In this document: in pieces, positions 50,297-63,884 of the stretch
How positions within the stretch are numbered: the stretch's first letter is position 1
Layout of the letters: each line of letters starts with the position of its first letter
From: Adineta vaga
Taxonomy: Eukaryota > Animalia > Rotifera
Direction: 5' to 3'
Length of the DNA stretch: 64,000 bases
NCBI GenBank assembly: GCA_021613535.1
Contig: CP075492.1
Location: 2,232,001-2,296,000, forward strand
The notes under the pieces: generated by a model
The model's input: only the letters and a program-made list of their open reading frames with translations
What the model was told of the DNA's origin: nothing
The model's database searches: none
Translations under genes and position numbers: made by a program

Positions 50297-50672
50297 GGTC
50301 AGTAGAAAAACACACAAATGGTCAGTGGAAATATTGAAGTGGTCAGTAGCGAAGTGGTCAGTAATAAATCAAGAAACGGTCAGTTTTTATATAGAACGGT
50401 CAGTAAAAAACCATCTTGAGGGTGGATGAGGGTGTGGGTGGATGTGTGACTGCGTGCGAGTGAGGCTGTGGGTGGGGGTGGGGCTGAGTGCATGTGGATG
50501 ACTCTGCACTCCCATTCACATCGACAGGCACACCAGCACCCATACCTACCATCAAGATGGTTTTTTACCGACCGTTCTATATAAAAACTGACCGTTTCTT
50601 GATTTACTACTGACCACTTCGCTACTGATCATTTCAATATTTTCACTGACCATTTCATTAATTCTACTGACC
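50297..50672. mobile_element. Foldback/MITE palindrome with GGTCAGT subrepeats, carrying a telomeric-hairpin element at its axis
   Basis: 50297-50414 is the near-perfect reverse complement of 50557-50672; the inner element spans 50413-50558. Confidence 0.8.
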
Positions 50673-51758
50673 GTTTAAATGATAGCCTTAAGGAATATGG
50701 ACAGTTCAGATTTCTCTGATATTGAGAAATCATTGCTTACAACTGCTATTCTTTGTAAAAAAAAAGAAATTTGATTCCGATGACCACTTTTGGTACAAAG
50801 AATAACAGCAAAAAATCACATATTACTACAGATTAGTTGAACTACCTTTGGTCACTCATGTTTGACTCTTCATAATTTAATTATTGAATTACTTTCAGGA
50901 AAAAACTAATAAACGTTGTATTGAATGTACATATGATTGGTTTTATTCTAACAACAAGCAATTATTGAATTAATAAAAAGGAAGTTATTTGTAGCATATT
51001 TCTGACATGTTTATACTCTTTTTTATTCCAAACTATATATTGTACTAGACTAGACCACTATAATACAATTCTCAGATAAGACCTTGACTTTAAGTATATT
51101 TATCTATAATCATCATTAATTGTGATAAAGATTATTAGGTAATATCAGAAAATTAACGATTTCTTTCTTGTGCATGTCATGTGATAATCATGAGCAGAAA
51201 ATACAAAATATATCTTTTATTCTGTCGTATTCATTGTCTATATTCATTACAAACGCTATTTATGCAACAACTCCCTCTTGTTTTGTTTTTATCTAACATT
51301 GGTGGTACATTACAGAAGAAAAATACGTTTATTTTTTTCACAGACGAAATTGAAAATAAAATGTTTATCTTCTTTTTCTAACGAAACTAATCTTATATAT
51401 ACGCATTAAGCACGTGTAACATGCGATTTTCTGCTCCCTCATTGCACATTATTGTCATTCGTATACAGAAAAAGAAGACAATAACGTGAATTAGCACGTG
51501 GAAAGTTAGAAACGGATAGAAGAATTTCTTTAAAAATGAAAGAATCGAATCGAGCGAAAGAACGAATATGAACTGAATAAGGAGACAAAACGAGATGCTC
51601 ATTATGGGAGAGAAAGATATCTTTCGATATTGAAGAAGAGAATAAATATTGGTGAATTTCTCGTTTTTCCAAATTTAGTCGAATCAACGTGAATATATTT
51701 AGAATTATGTCTCAAAGTTACATTTATTAGAACTCAAACTTTATCTTTCTTATCTTAT

Positions 51759-52312
51759 TTTTGTGAAACACGATCTGAAAGAGAGTGTTGAAGTGTTTAA
51801 GGGTAGAAATTTGCAGCCCCTCCCCCCACATACGTGATCGACAAGGTAAAAGATAGTTCGCCCTCCCCCACAGACGACACCGACCAGCTAAATTACCCCT
51901 CACAGACATTACGGACAGACGTAACCGACAGGGTGAATAAACATTACAGACGTTACCGACAGACTTAATGATCCCATCACAGACGTAACCGACAGGTTAG
52001 AAACCTTGTTACAGACTTGACCGGCAGCCTGACAACCCCGTCACAACGTTACCGGCAGACAAAATGAGCCCATGTTGAGGGTACGGACGCGGTTGAGGGT
52101 AACTTATTTGCACTTAAAGCTTACCCACACTCACCCTCATTCACTTACACCCTCTATTCATTTATCTATGAAAATTATCACAGATGATTCATATTTTGGC
52201 AATAATGCAAACGTGGATCAATTGTCGATCAGAGATCTCCGTTGCAATAATAGAAACAGATTTATCGTGTTTCACATTTTTAATCTCCCAAGGGGTTGCG
52301 CTGAAAGCTTTT
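51759..52312 (+). repeat. Dispersed ~0.5 kb repeat, copy 1, with ACAGACGT..CCGAC subrepeats and an embedded telomeric-like hairpin
   Basis: Direct homologue at 56310-56762; both begin TTTTGTGAAACACGATCTG and end GCTGAAAGCTTTT. Confidence 0.8.
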
Positions 52313-53540
52313 TTTATTCATTCATCTATTTTACTATATCTGTATTGGGTATTGATTTTTCTTTTCATTAAGATGATATATATATATATTAGGAAAACGT
52401 TACTGAAATGAGTATCATATATTATAGAGTAAATCAATTTTTAATTTCGACGTTTAAGAATATGAATGTCAGCAGATTAAAAACCAAAAATAGCTGTTGT
52501 TATATCATAATATATAACAGTAGGAAGTCACATATTAAATAGTATTATATACTGTCCTTTAATTTTATTAAGAGTATATTTTCTATTCAGTTTCAAATAT
52601 ATTATCGTCTATATAATAATACTTTTCGGCACTATTTTCTATTGCAGTTAAAATTATAGATTTCTACATGATTATCATAATATTCTTCAAGTGATAATCA
52701 AGGCAAATGTAATGTTGAAAATTCATAATTATAAAGTAAAGTTCAAAGGAAAAAAATATGTTGAGTTTATTCCTATAACTATCGTGATCATCGTAATATA
52801 ACGTGTAACTATAAAATAAAATTCACTTCGTATTTGACATGTAAACAAAAATTAAACTTCATAAAATTATAGGTCATCACGAAATAAAATAAAATAAAAC
52901 AACGCGTTTTACATTTAACCGGGAAAATCGTCAATAAGTTTGCAAAATTATGCTGGAATACGCAACAGAATCTAACGAAAATAAACGCGTCTGTACGCAA
53001 TGCGTAGATACTCATTTGAGTTTATAAAATAAATGCGGAAACTTCGGATTTTATCCGAGAGTTATGTGTACTGCAAAAAGTGTATGGGAGAGATGGACCA
53101 TTCTAGAATGTCTACGCATCAAAATTACCACGAGAAATATTTCGATGAGCAAGATTTTTCATGTTGAGTTATGAATGAATTTTTGTATTGGAATCTATCG
53201 GAATAACGGTCATATGCAACCTCATGAATCTATAAAAGATCTATGACAGATACATGTATCAGCATTTTCATAATAGATCATCAATATCAATAGGTTTGGA
53301 GATCAGGGTTTTCTCCTTTGATAGTCGTTCTGACTAGCTACAAAACCACCAAGCATTTTGGAAACTCCCAAACTACAGATCATATGAAACGTATTTAGGC
53401 AATTCGGTGTTAAAATACAGTTTTTGCGCATTTTGAGACCTTTTTGAAGCATTTTTTCATTAGTAAACTACGAGTTGACTCAAAACCAATATCAGATTCG
53501 AACTCAGCGTTAAAAACTGAGTCGATTCATATAGATTTTA

Positions 53541-53801
53541 AATAATTTTGAGAGAAAATGTTTTTTTCAAAAAAACCCTGTATCCCCCCCTCAGGGATGG
53601 TCTGGTCAAAAATGACAATTTTTTCGATAACTCAGCCATTTCTTGAGAGATCATTCTCATCTTCGAACTCGACCGAGATATTGATGAGACAATTATGTGC
53701 ACAAAGTTTCAGCTCAATCGAATGTAGTTGTGAAGAGTTATCGTGTAAACGGACGGACATACAGACCGATTATAGTAGTGTACTCACTTCTTGAGTACAC
53801 T
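53541..53801 (+). mobile_element. HINE/DINE-1-like repeat, copy 2
   Basis: ACGGACGGACATACAGAC followed by a perfect stem AGTGTACTCA-CTTCT-TGAGTACACT. Confidence 0.55.
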
Positions 53802-54811
53802 AAAAACGCGTAAAAACGCGTTTTCTTAAATATTTGTCTGCTTGGGTAGCTCGATCTAGATCAGATGAAATTTATTTTGTAGAGGCATAAAAAATCTGTT
53901 GTTTTTATGTAGAATTCACAATGAATCATTACCTTACTCAAATCAAATGAAAGAATATCATTAATAATAGCGTCTCACTCTGTCTGCTGCTTCAGTGTCA
54001 TCTATGAAGCAATTCAATAAAAGAACAATTTATCCCATTGTCATATATACTATGTAATTTAAAGAAAGAAAAGATCTCTGTTGAATATTCAAAACAGTTT
54101 GAAAAAATTGTGACATGGCATTTGTTAACGAACTTATTGCACAAGTAAAATACGATGAAACGATATAAATTCAAGAACTAATGTCTAACGCTTCGCGTTA
54201 TCATTATAGCAAAAGTAAAAATTAATTCTAGTAGATACTCATCTCCTCGTTGCGTGTTCGCTCTATTTGTCAGTCTCATTTAAGACGACCTTTAGTCTGA
54301 TGAAAAATATCATTCGATATTTCAACTATTGATACTTCGCTTGTTTTTTCACAACAATCAGATTTATTCATGGATGTTCACCATTCAGGAATGACCTGCT
54401 AGCTTTTTTCAAATTCTGAATACAATGATCGTTGAAAGAATGTGTTCCTAGTTAAATATATCATAGATATTGGGTATCAGTACAGTAAATCTTTATTTTA
54501 TGTCTGAAATAAAAAATGCTGAATATTTTACTCAGACTTTCAATTTGTCTTAAGTAAAACTAGAATACAATATTTTTCATATTTTACTCTTCAATGAACT
54601 ATTTAAGTCTCTAACAGTTGTATTCCGTAGAGAGAATATCCTGAAACGAGCTCTCTGAATGTACACCCAATTCATAAGGATGAATAATGTTCTCAAAGAA
54701 CAACGTTAGAAACACCAGAATAATTTAAAAAAACTACCTTCTTTTTTGACACTCTTATATATTCTATAAAATTTGCCTCTGTGACTAAATAATTTCTCTA
54801 CAACATATCTT

Positions 54812-55670
54812 TTACCTGATGCAATCAGCTGAAATAAGCAAAACAGTACTGACACTGTTGCACCTCTTCCATCCTACTATGATGGCAAGTGAAAATGCAC
54901 CTGAACCTAATTTCGACTGTATCTGTTTTTTAATTTCGGATGCACATTTTTCAAAGCATTGATCACTTTTGCATGTAGAGTCTGGACATTTATTAACAAA
55001 TATGGAGAGTTCCATGTTGTTATTTGTTCCACAAAGTGGTGCACTATTAGAGATAATATTTTTGAAAGTGAAAGGTATCCAATCAAAAAATGATGTGGGA
55101 GTAATTTACTTTGTCTGTCGTTTCTTTTTCTTGCCACTTCCACTTTTGACAGATCCGGTTTGTACAGAGAGCGTATTTACTGAAAAGCCAAGCTTTTGGT
55201 TGAGCTATATTTTGATACGTAGTCTGCATTAAATACATATAGAGTAAAGATACTTCAACTTACTACTTGTCCAATGTATTCTAGATTGTTTATGGGTTGG
55301 GTTTTGTCAAAGATCGTATTGGTGGAAAACTCCATGTTGATGTATCGCGTTCCTTATAAAAGACATCATGCAAATAGATACAATGATGACATTACTATTC
55401 CTACCAGTGCTAACACTTGCTAAATTGATATCACTACCTTTTGAACCGAGATAGATCGGTATTAGTGATAATATTATCACTACAGCAATAAAGAATAAGA
55501 GCACCATAATTAAACAAATGGCCCAATATGGCGCACATCTTAGCCACGATCTGAAATAATGAGCATTGAAAAAAGATGATGTGATATTCAATCAATAAAT
55601 TTAGATGCATACCGTGGCGCCATAGTAGAGTTCTCATTTCTCGAACTACTACTTTGATTTGCCATAGCAA
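54812..55670 (-). CDS. Multi-exon single-pass membrane hypothetical protein
   Basis: TM 'WAICLIMVLLFFIAVVIILSLIPIYL', short GT..AG introns and a Cys-containing downstream exon; ends unresolved. Confidence 0.45.
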
Positions 55671-56309
55671 CTAAGTCAAAGAAAATTTATAAAATATCTT
55701 CCAAAATGTGTACTGATCAAAGATCATTTAACTCTCTGAGGTAAACTTCAAGTACTTTTCTTAGATATTTTTAAAACGCATAAGATTGAATATCTTTCGA
55801 TGTTTTTATATTTTGTGTGATAAAAAAAAATGTTAACTCGCTTCGTACTAGAGTAGTTTCAATGTAAATGATCTTAGGTAAAAAGGACAACTTTTCGAAG
55901 CCTCATAAGTTATCTGAGGAGAGAAACAAAACGTTGAAAAATGTAGTTTGATTTTTAGTAATAACGATTGTTATCGTTAATGGTATATAAAAGAAGATGT
56001 AATAATCATTCAAGCTCATTTCTTCAATTTTCAAAGACCAGATCACTTAATATTTTAACGTTGAACTTCGAAAGGTAAGTGATACTCAAAATATATATGA
56101 GTCATCTAGAGGAGGAGTCCCTTTTTTCGACCAATCAGATTTAAAATACCGTTTTTGACGTAACTAGTGATAGGTGGTTGATAGGTTGGTGGTTGTCGGC
56201 GACGACTCATCAGTGGGTAATAAGCTAGCGAGTATCGTCGATGAGTCATATCTGAGAGTGGGTGAACGTCGTTATAGCTGGAATTTGCCTCCTCACTAGC
56301 ACTCATCTA

Positions 56310-56762
56310 CTTTTGTGAAACACGATCTGAAAGAGAGTGTTGAAGTGTTTAAGGGTAGAAATTTACACGCCCTCCCCCGCACAGATGTGACTGACAAGGT
56401 AAAGGATAGTTCGCCCCCCCCCCCCCCACAGACGTCACCGACCCGCTAAATTATCCCATCACAGACGTGGCCGAGAGCCTGACAACCCCGTCACAACGTT
56501 ACCGCCAGACAAAATGAGCCCATGTTGAGGGTGCAGACACGGTTGAGGGTAGTTTATTTACACTTCAAGTTTACCCGCACTCACCCTCATTCACTTACAC
56601 CTTATATTCATTTATCTATCAAAATTATCACAGATAATTCAGATTTTGGCAAAAATGCAAACGCGGATAAATTATCGATCAGAGATCTTCATTGCAATAA
56701 TAGAAACAGATTTATCATGTTTCACATTTTTAATCCCGCAAGGAGTTGCGCTGAAAGCTTTT
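56310..56762 (+). repeat. Dispersed ~0.5 kb repeat, copy 2 (fewer subrepeats)
   Basis: Homologous to 51759-52312. Confidence 0.8.
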
Positions 56763-58315
56763 CTATATGATGTCGGTGACTAAAGATGTTTTTATTGTAA
56801 AATGTGTGTGTATTTCTAATTGTTCAATAAATATTAGGGTATGAACTACAGTTGCTCCTTATTTAGACAGTTTCATCCTCAATTATTAATCTAATCACGA
56901 CTAGAACAGTGTCGAAATATGAATGCGGGTCACAATGTGGGGCTTTAGCAGGATGTGGGAGTTGACATTTAGTGTATGTAGACAGGTGCCAAACCCAAAA
57001 CAGTTGGGTTCCGTAAGTTTCCGTTTACGAACTTCGTTCTGGGTATGGGTTTGGATTGGGCGTAGGTATTGAGTTTGGGTATGGCTTTGCTATTTACATT
57101 TGTATGCGTCTTCAGCATGGAACTCTTCGATATCTGACTTTCACTCAATATCCAAACCAAACCGAAACCTATGCTGATGATTCCAAACTCAAAAACTAAT
57201 ATGAATACTCTCATCCACACTGTAACTGTAATCAAGACACTATAATTGACCACTCAAGTCCTGTCATTAAGTGTCGTCCCATGAGTTAAGCAGAAAAAAG
57301 TATAGGAAAGCAAGAAGTTCGTCGATCTCGAACAAATTATATTTCTCATTACAGCAGGATATTCACTTTCTCTCCTCATTCATTGTTAAACATTCCCTCC
57401 GCCCCAATCTACTCTCCTTCATCCCGACATGCTGTTTTTGATTTTTACCTTATTGAAAGTGATTCACAGTGTTGTATCAAAGACATTGTTCGAACTGGGC
57501 AACGTCATGAAACAGTTATAGGAAAAGTTGGAGGATTTTCGTCAGAAACTGGACAAGTTTCAGAACAGTAAGTTAAAGTAATACTACTCGTTAGTTAATA
57601 TATACAGTTTGGACTCCTACTGAAGCGAAATGACTTATATACAATTGCTAAGTACTTTAGATTTTTAAGTAAAAATCTACGGCAATTCTCAGTCTTTTAC
57701 TTAGTATATAGTCTCTGATTTTAGTACACGTGTCTATTGGAAGTACTGACTATTATTATCATGATTTATTCTTGAATCAGATGTAAGTTCAATATGAGGG
57801 GAACAAACAGAGCTTCTGTTCTGTTATAGTGTAAGTGACTTTTTTTATAATGTATAAACTACATTTTTTTCTATAGTATTTTGCGTAATATGCACTAATG
57901 AAATCTATTGAGATATGGGGAACACGAAAGAGACTAATAATCTCGAGATGGTTCTAGTTTTTTCGATTATTGATCATCATAAGTTTACTTCATAAAAACT
58001 ACGATGGAGAAACATTTCATCGTTGTTAATAATTGCACTTACTTTGATATGTTAAAAATGAAAATAATGCATAAATATTCGTTGTTTATATACAGATTTC
58101 TGTATAGTTCCTATGTCATGTTTTTCTGTGTCATGCTTCAGTGCTTTTCATTATTTTCTATCCTCTGCTTTCATTTTGGTAATACCCGATTCTCCTTTCC
58201 TCGCTTCTTTTAATAATATGAGTGTCGAAGTATTATGGTTTTGCTATTTGAAATCTAACTTGATGAGAAAGTCGATATATATTGATCAACAAGACAATAT
58301 TTTTTACATGATATT

Positions 58316-59416
58316 TAGGGATGCAACGGTGACAATTACCGGCCTATCGGAAAATTTAATAATCAACACCCGCTTTAGAAGAAAGAGCGATTAAACGAAA
58401 ACCGTTGTATAATCGATAACTGTTTTTCTTGTTTTGTTAATTTAACAATCATTATTATAAAACAAGACTTCCTGATATTGGTCAGTACTAGGATAAAATA
58501 GCAACATGCTTTACTTCACGAATATGAGTGAACCTCAATAAACATCGAAACAATCACGAATTTTTTCATATAACTGCTTATAAACAGATTTTAGTTGGTG
58601 GACACACAGTAGAAGACATAAGATATTAAATGCCCATAGATACTCATTTTTTACAAAACTTAAAACACATATAGGTAGATCAGTTCTTTGTCTGAAAGCG
58701 GTTCATACTTTGAGTTTTAATCGAACCATTATATTATACGTACATTCACGTACTAGTGCTGGTAAAAGAAGGTAAACATAGACAGATTAACAAAACGATG
58801 TCACTTGTATATAGTTATTAGTGGAAAAATACACTGTGTTGGTTCAACCTGAAGCAAATAAAAAGCGCATAAATTTACTTTCATTTTCGTAAAGACAAGA
58901 GATCATATTTTGTTTTATTTAATGAAAATCATAGTATCTACCAGAATTAGAAAAAAAGAAGACTAATTTGATCAATATCCTATTTTTACTATATCCCATA
59001 TATTATAGAACTATTCACATACTGCTTGTACTAATTATCCTATTACATAAGCGAAATGGTATGTATTGATTCGTCAGAATTGTCCTCAAAATAATTGCTC
59101 TCTTTAAACCTGATAATAGAACATTATTTTGAATAATCACTGTGATTTAATGTTGATAAGAATAAGAACTATCACCCATCTAGACGTTAATAATCATGAT
59201 CTTATATTATACTATTGTTACACATCTATCAGTAATGGATTCTGCAACGGTTACCGATTAACATCGGTTATCGCTTACACCCCCACGGTTTTCGTTTAAG
59301 CGCTTGTCGATTAAACCGGTTTTTATTTAACCGGTTTTCGTTTAATCCAGTTATTGTTTTGGGCCGGTTAACTGTATACGATCAAGCGGTAAATAACCGT
59401 AACCGTTGCATCCCTA
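58316..59416. mobile_element. Non-autonomous hAT element, 1.1 kb
   Basis: 15-bp TIR TAGGGATGCAACGGT/ACCGTTGCATCCCTA; 8-bp TSD ATGATATT (58308-58315, 59417-59424); AACCG subterminal repeats. Confidence 0.9.
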
Positions 59417-59545
59417 ATGATATTCTCGATAGCCATGGTATTGTTCAAAATATAAAACAGCTAAACGGGCTTTATACTATCTGTTCCTTTAATTCAAAAT
59501 TGAAAAAATATAAATGTCTCATCTAATTCGAATACTGCATTGTCC

Positions 59546-61147
59546 GGCTTACCCGCTCTTCGCCAATAAGACTTTCGCCAATAGGACATTCGCCATTGGC
59601 GAAAGTCCACTGTAATTTCGTCAATACATCTCATGGACTTTCGACAGTTGGCGAGATTCCAGTGTATTTTCGCCAGTTGGTGAGAATCCACTGTACTTTC
59701 GCCAACATATTACGGGACTTTCGCCATCAACGAAAGTTTCTTGAACTCTCATCATCAAATACGCAGAAATAATCTTTATTAACTAGTCATATAGCAAATA
59801 TTCGTTTATGCCGTGATCATGAACTTCATATATAATTTTAAATTTTGTTTACATCCCAAATGCCTGTTATGACTTGTGCTGCTGCACTGCGATCTCAGAC
59901 AACGGTACTTAATAAAGCAATATCGAAGCCTGTATCTCGTGCAAAGATTCGAAAACATCAAGAAAAACAAAACAAACGACTAATTGCACAAGTACCTACA
60001 AGTGATCTTCAAACGATAATGTGTTTCGCTGTTGATCAACAACCTTTAACTACACGAGTTGAATCCGCAGCACAAGTAGATGGTCCTAATGATGAAATAA
60101 ACAAACAAGTAGAAGACGTTGATATGTCACTCAAAAGTTTGTTTTTTGAAAAACATTTCGCTTTGTCTACTATTGGTGCAGAGAAAATAACCGAACAAGA
60201 TATGGAAAAACCAACATCATCTACTAAAGAACAACTAAAAGAAGGGGAGAGAGAGAGAAAGAGAAAGGCATGTGATGTGTAACAGACGAAGCGAGTTATA
60301 CGGTCTATAAGGAAAAAGGACGATTAAGAAAACAAAATATCAAAAGAAGCATGGAAAGAAGAATTTATTATGACTGAACGTTCATATATTATCTTCGTCT
60401 AATTTTAAATTGATCTATTCTGAATGATTTTCCTGTACGTATAGCTGTTTCAGTGTGTTTCATTTTGACATCCAACAGACGTCATCAAACATACAAAATG
60501 ATATTTCAATGTTTGAAGAAACACGATACACATATCGATATGGAATTAAAACCACAAAATATCGTTTGTGATTTCGAACAAGTATTCATCTCGAGGGTGT
60601 GGATGTGTCTTTTCTTACTCATACAATCAACAACATCCACATCCACACCCACCCTCAGGAAAAAAGAAAAAGAATGATGTTTCTTGAGGGTGTGTTAGAG
60701 TTTTCATTAGGTTCACCATCACACTGAAGCTGATTTTTCCTGCATGCTTTTTTTTACTCATGTTATTGTCGCATTTAAAAAAAGAATCCTGTCATATATG
60801 AATATATCTCAGATGGACACGACAAAATATGTCAGGCAGCTGAAACCTTAACACATAATGATTCCCGTCCTTCTATTAGGAATGACGGTATGAACACAGT
60901 AACCCTTTTTATCAACTGGCGAATATAAAATGACTCTCGTTCATGGGCGAATGTCCACTGTAATTTCGCCAATGGTTCTCGGGACTTTCGTCAATTGGCG
61001 AAACTCCACTGTATTTTCGCCAATATAACTTATGGAATTTCGTCAATTGGCGAGAGTCCATTGCACTTTCGCCAACGTATTACGTGACTTTCGTCATTGG
61101 CGAATATCCAGTTGGCGAAAGTCTTATTGGCGAAATTCGGGAATCCC
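59546..61147 (+). mobile_element. Internally deleted MULE/Mutator-like element
   Basis: ~190-230 bp TIRs built of TTCGCCAA subrepeats; TSD CATTGTCC(G) at 59538 and 61148; transposase relic 'TYKMIFQCLK...LKPQNIVCDFEQ' at 60453-60588. Confidence 0.85.
60588..60660. mobile_element. Telomeric-hairpin element interrupting the MULE transposase relic
   Basis: ATCTCGAGGGTGTGGATGTG...CATCCACATCCACACCCACCCTCAGGA. Confidence 0.7.
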
Positions 61148-61703
61148 CATTGTCCGATAGGTAAAAAACAAATTATGACGTGAGTAGAATGTTATACTAA
61201 CTTCACAAATTATCGAGAAATGTTTTAGATTATCATTTATTTCTATTTCTTCACACATACTATATTCTCAAATAAGATAAAACAAGCACACAAAAAAGAT
61301 ACTTGAAATTCTTTTCGTTGAGACTAGAAGCAAAACTGGTCATTCACTTACCTGACAATTTTTTTTCGTTCTGTCGATGTTTATTGGTTTATCGGATAGA
61401 AATTTCTTTAGCCTTTAACCGTAAGAGGGAGCGACAGAACGAAAAAGGTGACTACTACCTCAACGAATAACGGTCTACCATTTTCTCTCTTCCAATTCAT
61501 AATTAACTGATTTTTTTCTATCAATCATCGTCGTCGTTACTTTTTTCGCTTCGGCAATATTCCTTTTTTTTTCGTCCGTTTCACGTACATTTTGACTGCA
61601 AGATAACCCTCGTCGAGGGTGACTCGCTTGACTCTGGATTGAAGAATTAATAAAAAGGAATTTACTGGTTATTTATGCTGAAAAGAGTTACTTTTGAAAA
61701 CAA

Positions 61704-61770
61704 GAGGGTGGATGTGGGTGTGGGTGTTAGATAGATGTAGTACTCACACCCACACCCACACCCACTAGGA
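61704..61770. mobile_element. Telomeric-hairpin element
   Basis: GAGGGTGGATGTGGGTGTGG-GTGTTAGATAGATGTAGTAC-TCACACCCACACCCACACCCAC. Confidence 0.75.
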
Positions 61771-63411
61771 GGTTTTACTGCAAATTAAATCTTAATTATA
61801 ATACAAAAGAAGTTTAAAGCAATAGAAGCCAACGAAGTTCTGTTTTATGAAAAAAGGAGAAACAAAGGCTCAAATATGAAAATGCTCTATTCAAACCAAG
61901 TTGATGCTTGGTCTGTTTTTATTCAACATTTTTTAAAGCATTTAAAACTAAAATCTAAATGTTTAATATCATACTATAGTTTAACGCAAGACAATCGTTC
62001 GGAGTACTGTACAAGAATCTACTCCCATTCGCGTCTTTTTTTTTATAAAAATACCATAGATTGACCAATTTCTAAGAGTCATATCTATCACAAAGGCAAT
62101 CAAGAAGATCGAGTAATCTATTTCAATCGTTATTTGGTAAACAATTTTTCACTTTCTCCATTGTGATATGTGACGAAAAATCGGTATACACGCGCTTTTC
62201 TTTGCTTGTTATACGGTTATGCTTTAATGATTTTACCGTATTTTTCATCATCTTGACGAAAACGCAAAACAAGCGTATTATAATGCATAGAATGTATTTT
62301 ATAACGTTGCATTTTCATCAAAAATAAAATCAATAGTGTCGAAAATAGGTGCTTACCATCACATCGATGTTAGAAAAGATGACGAAATCTACAATTGTAC
62401 AATGTGTTCCAATTATTCATTCAAAATTATTTTTATCAGATATACTGATTGCGAGTAAATATTTTGAATAGTTTTTTAATTTACATATAATGTATCATAG
62501 CTAAATAATAAAATCTTAGTTTTTTTTAAACGATCCAGTTTGAAAAGTTGTATCCAAATTGGATTGATCCATTTCCGACAGTTTACTACCCTAGCTTTAA
62601 TATATGATTACATATATGTTTGAAAAAAAACATTTTCGATAATGTGAGTCTTGCCTTTTGAGCTCGAAAATATTTAATAACCTTAAGTTCCTCAACGATG
62701 CGGGATGATAGACAGAAGTTTATTTCACAGATAATTTAATTTTCTACTCTCATAGTAGAGCAGAATGAGATACAGAGTCACTTAAGAAAGAGAGACATAA
62801 GTAACCTAAACGGTGAATCGTGAAATCCAATTATCCAAATTATTCCTTTAAGTAACATTGACTAACGATAATTTCCTTCGGTCTTAAGTGCAATCATAAA
62901 CTTCGACCTATGATTTATACCGTTTGTCCAATGGAGATTCAGGTTTTCAAAGACGCACGATTGAAAGGAGAAATTCTCTCGCTCGTACTATGATCACATT
63001 CACTATCATTAAACGTAACACTCATCTATAAATTTCATTTTAGTGTTAAGATAAAAACGATCACTGCAGAATATTCGAAAATGTCATCGTTCTCAATGCA
63101 GCAGTCACACACCATGTTGTACGACAAAAATAATTGATTGCCAAGTTGATAATCAAATCACCAACATATATTGTAACGACTACCATCCTGAAGATCATTT
63201 TAAAAGTAATTTCTACCAAATCCTCAAAACAAAACAAATAGAAAATTTTGTGAGTATCTGGTTTACAAACAAAACTTTATATTCTTGCGATGATCATTTC
63301 TAAACCTCGGACCTAAATCATTAAAAATCCGAACTGTATCAGGATAGCAGTAAAAATTTCAGAATATTAACAGTTCACAACTAGCACAATATACACGTAA
63401 AACTCTAAGAC

Positions 63412-63884
63412 GCTTGCTATTAACAGAGGGAAGTGAGGTGTCCATCATTTGTGACGCCCTGGGACTGCTTGCTATTAACAGAGGGAAGTGAGGTGTCCAT
63501 CATTTGTGACGCCCTGGGACTGCTTGCTATTAACAGAGGGAAGTGAGGTGTCCATCATTTGTGACGCCCTGGGACTGCTTGCTATTAACAGAGGAAAGTG
63601 TGGTGTCCATCATTTGTGACGCCCTGGGACTACTTGCTATTAACAGAGGGAAGTGAGGTGTCCATCATTTGTGACGCCCTGGGACTGCTTGCTATTAACA
63701 GAGGAAAGTGTGGTGTCCATCATTTGTGACGCCCTGGGACTACTTGCTATTAACAGAGGGAAGTGAGGTGTCCATCATTTGTGACGCCCTGGGACTGCTT
63801 GCTATTAACAGAGGGAAGAGTGGTGTCCATCATTTGTGACGCCCTGGGACTGCTTGCTATTAACAGAGGGAAGAGTGGTGTCCA
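63412..63884. repeat. Minisatellite, 55-bp unit, ~8.6 copies
   Basis: Unit GCTTGCTATTAACAGAGGGAAGTGAGGTGTCCATCATTTGTGACGCCCTGGGACT, head-to-tail with few variants and no spacers. Confidence 0.95.

Noticed and set aside
51759-56762. LTR retrotransposon
   Set aside because: No TG..CA termini, PBS, PPT or gag/pol between the direct repeats.
62900-63410. Possible Cys/His-containing exon fragments (RSLQNIRKCHRSQC...)
   Set aside because: Too short and disrupted to assign without a search.
63412-63884. CRISPR array
   Set aside because: Units are head-to-tail with no unique spacers, there are no cas genes and the context is eukaryotic.
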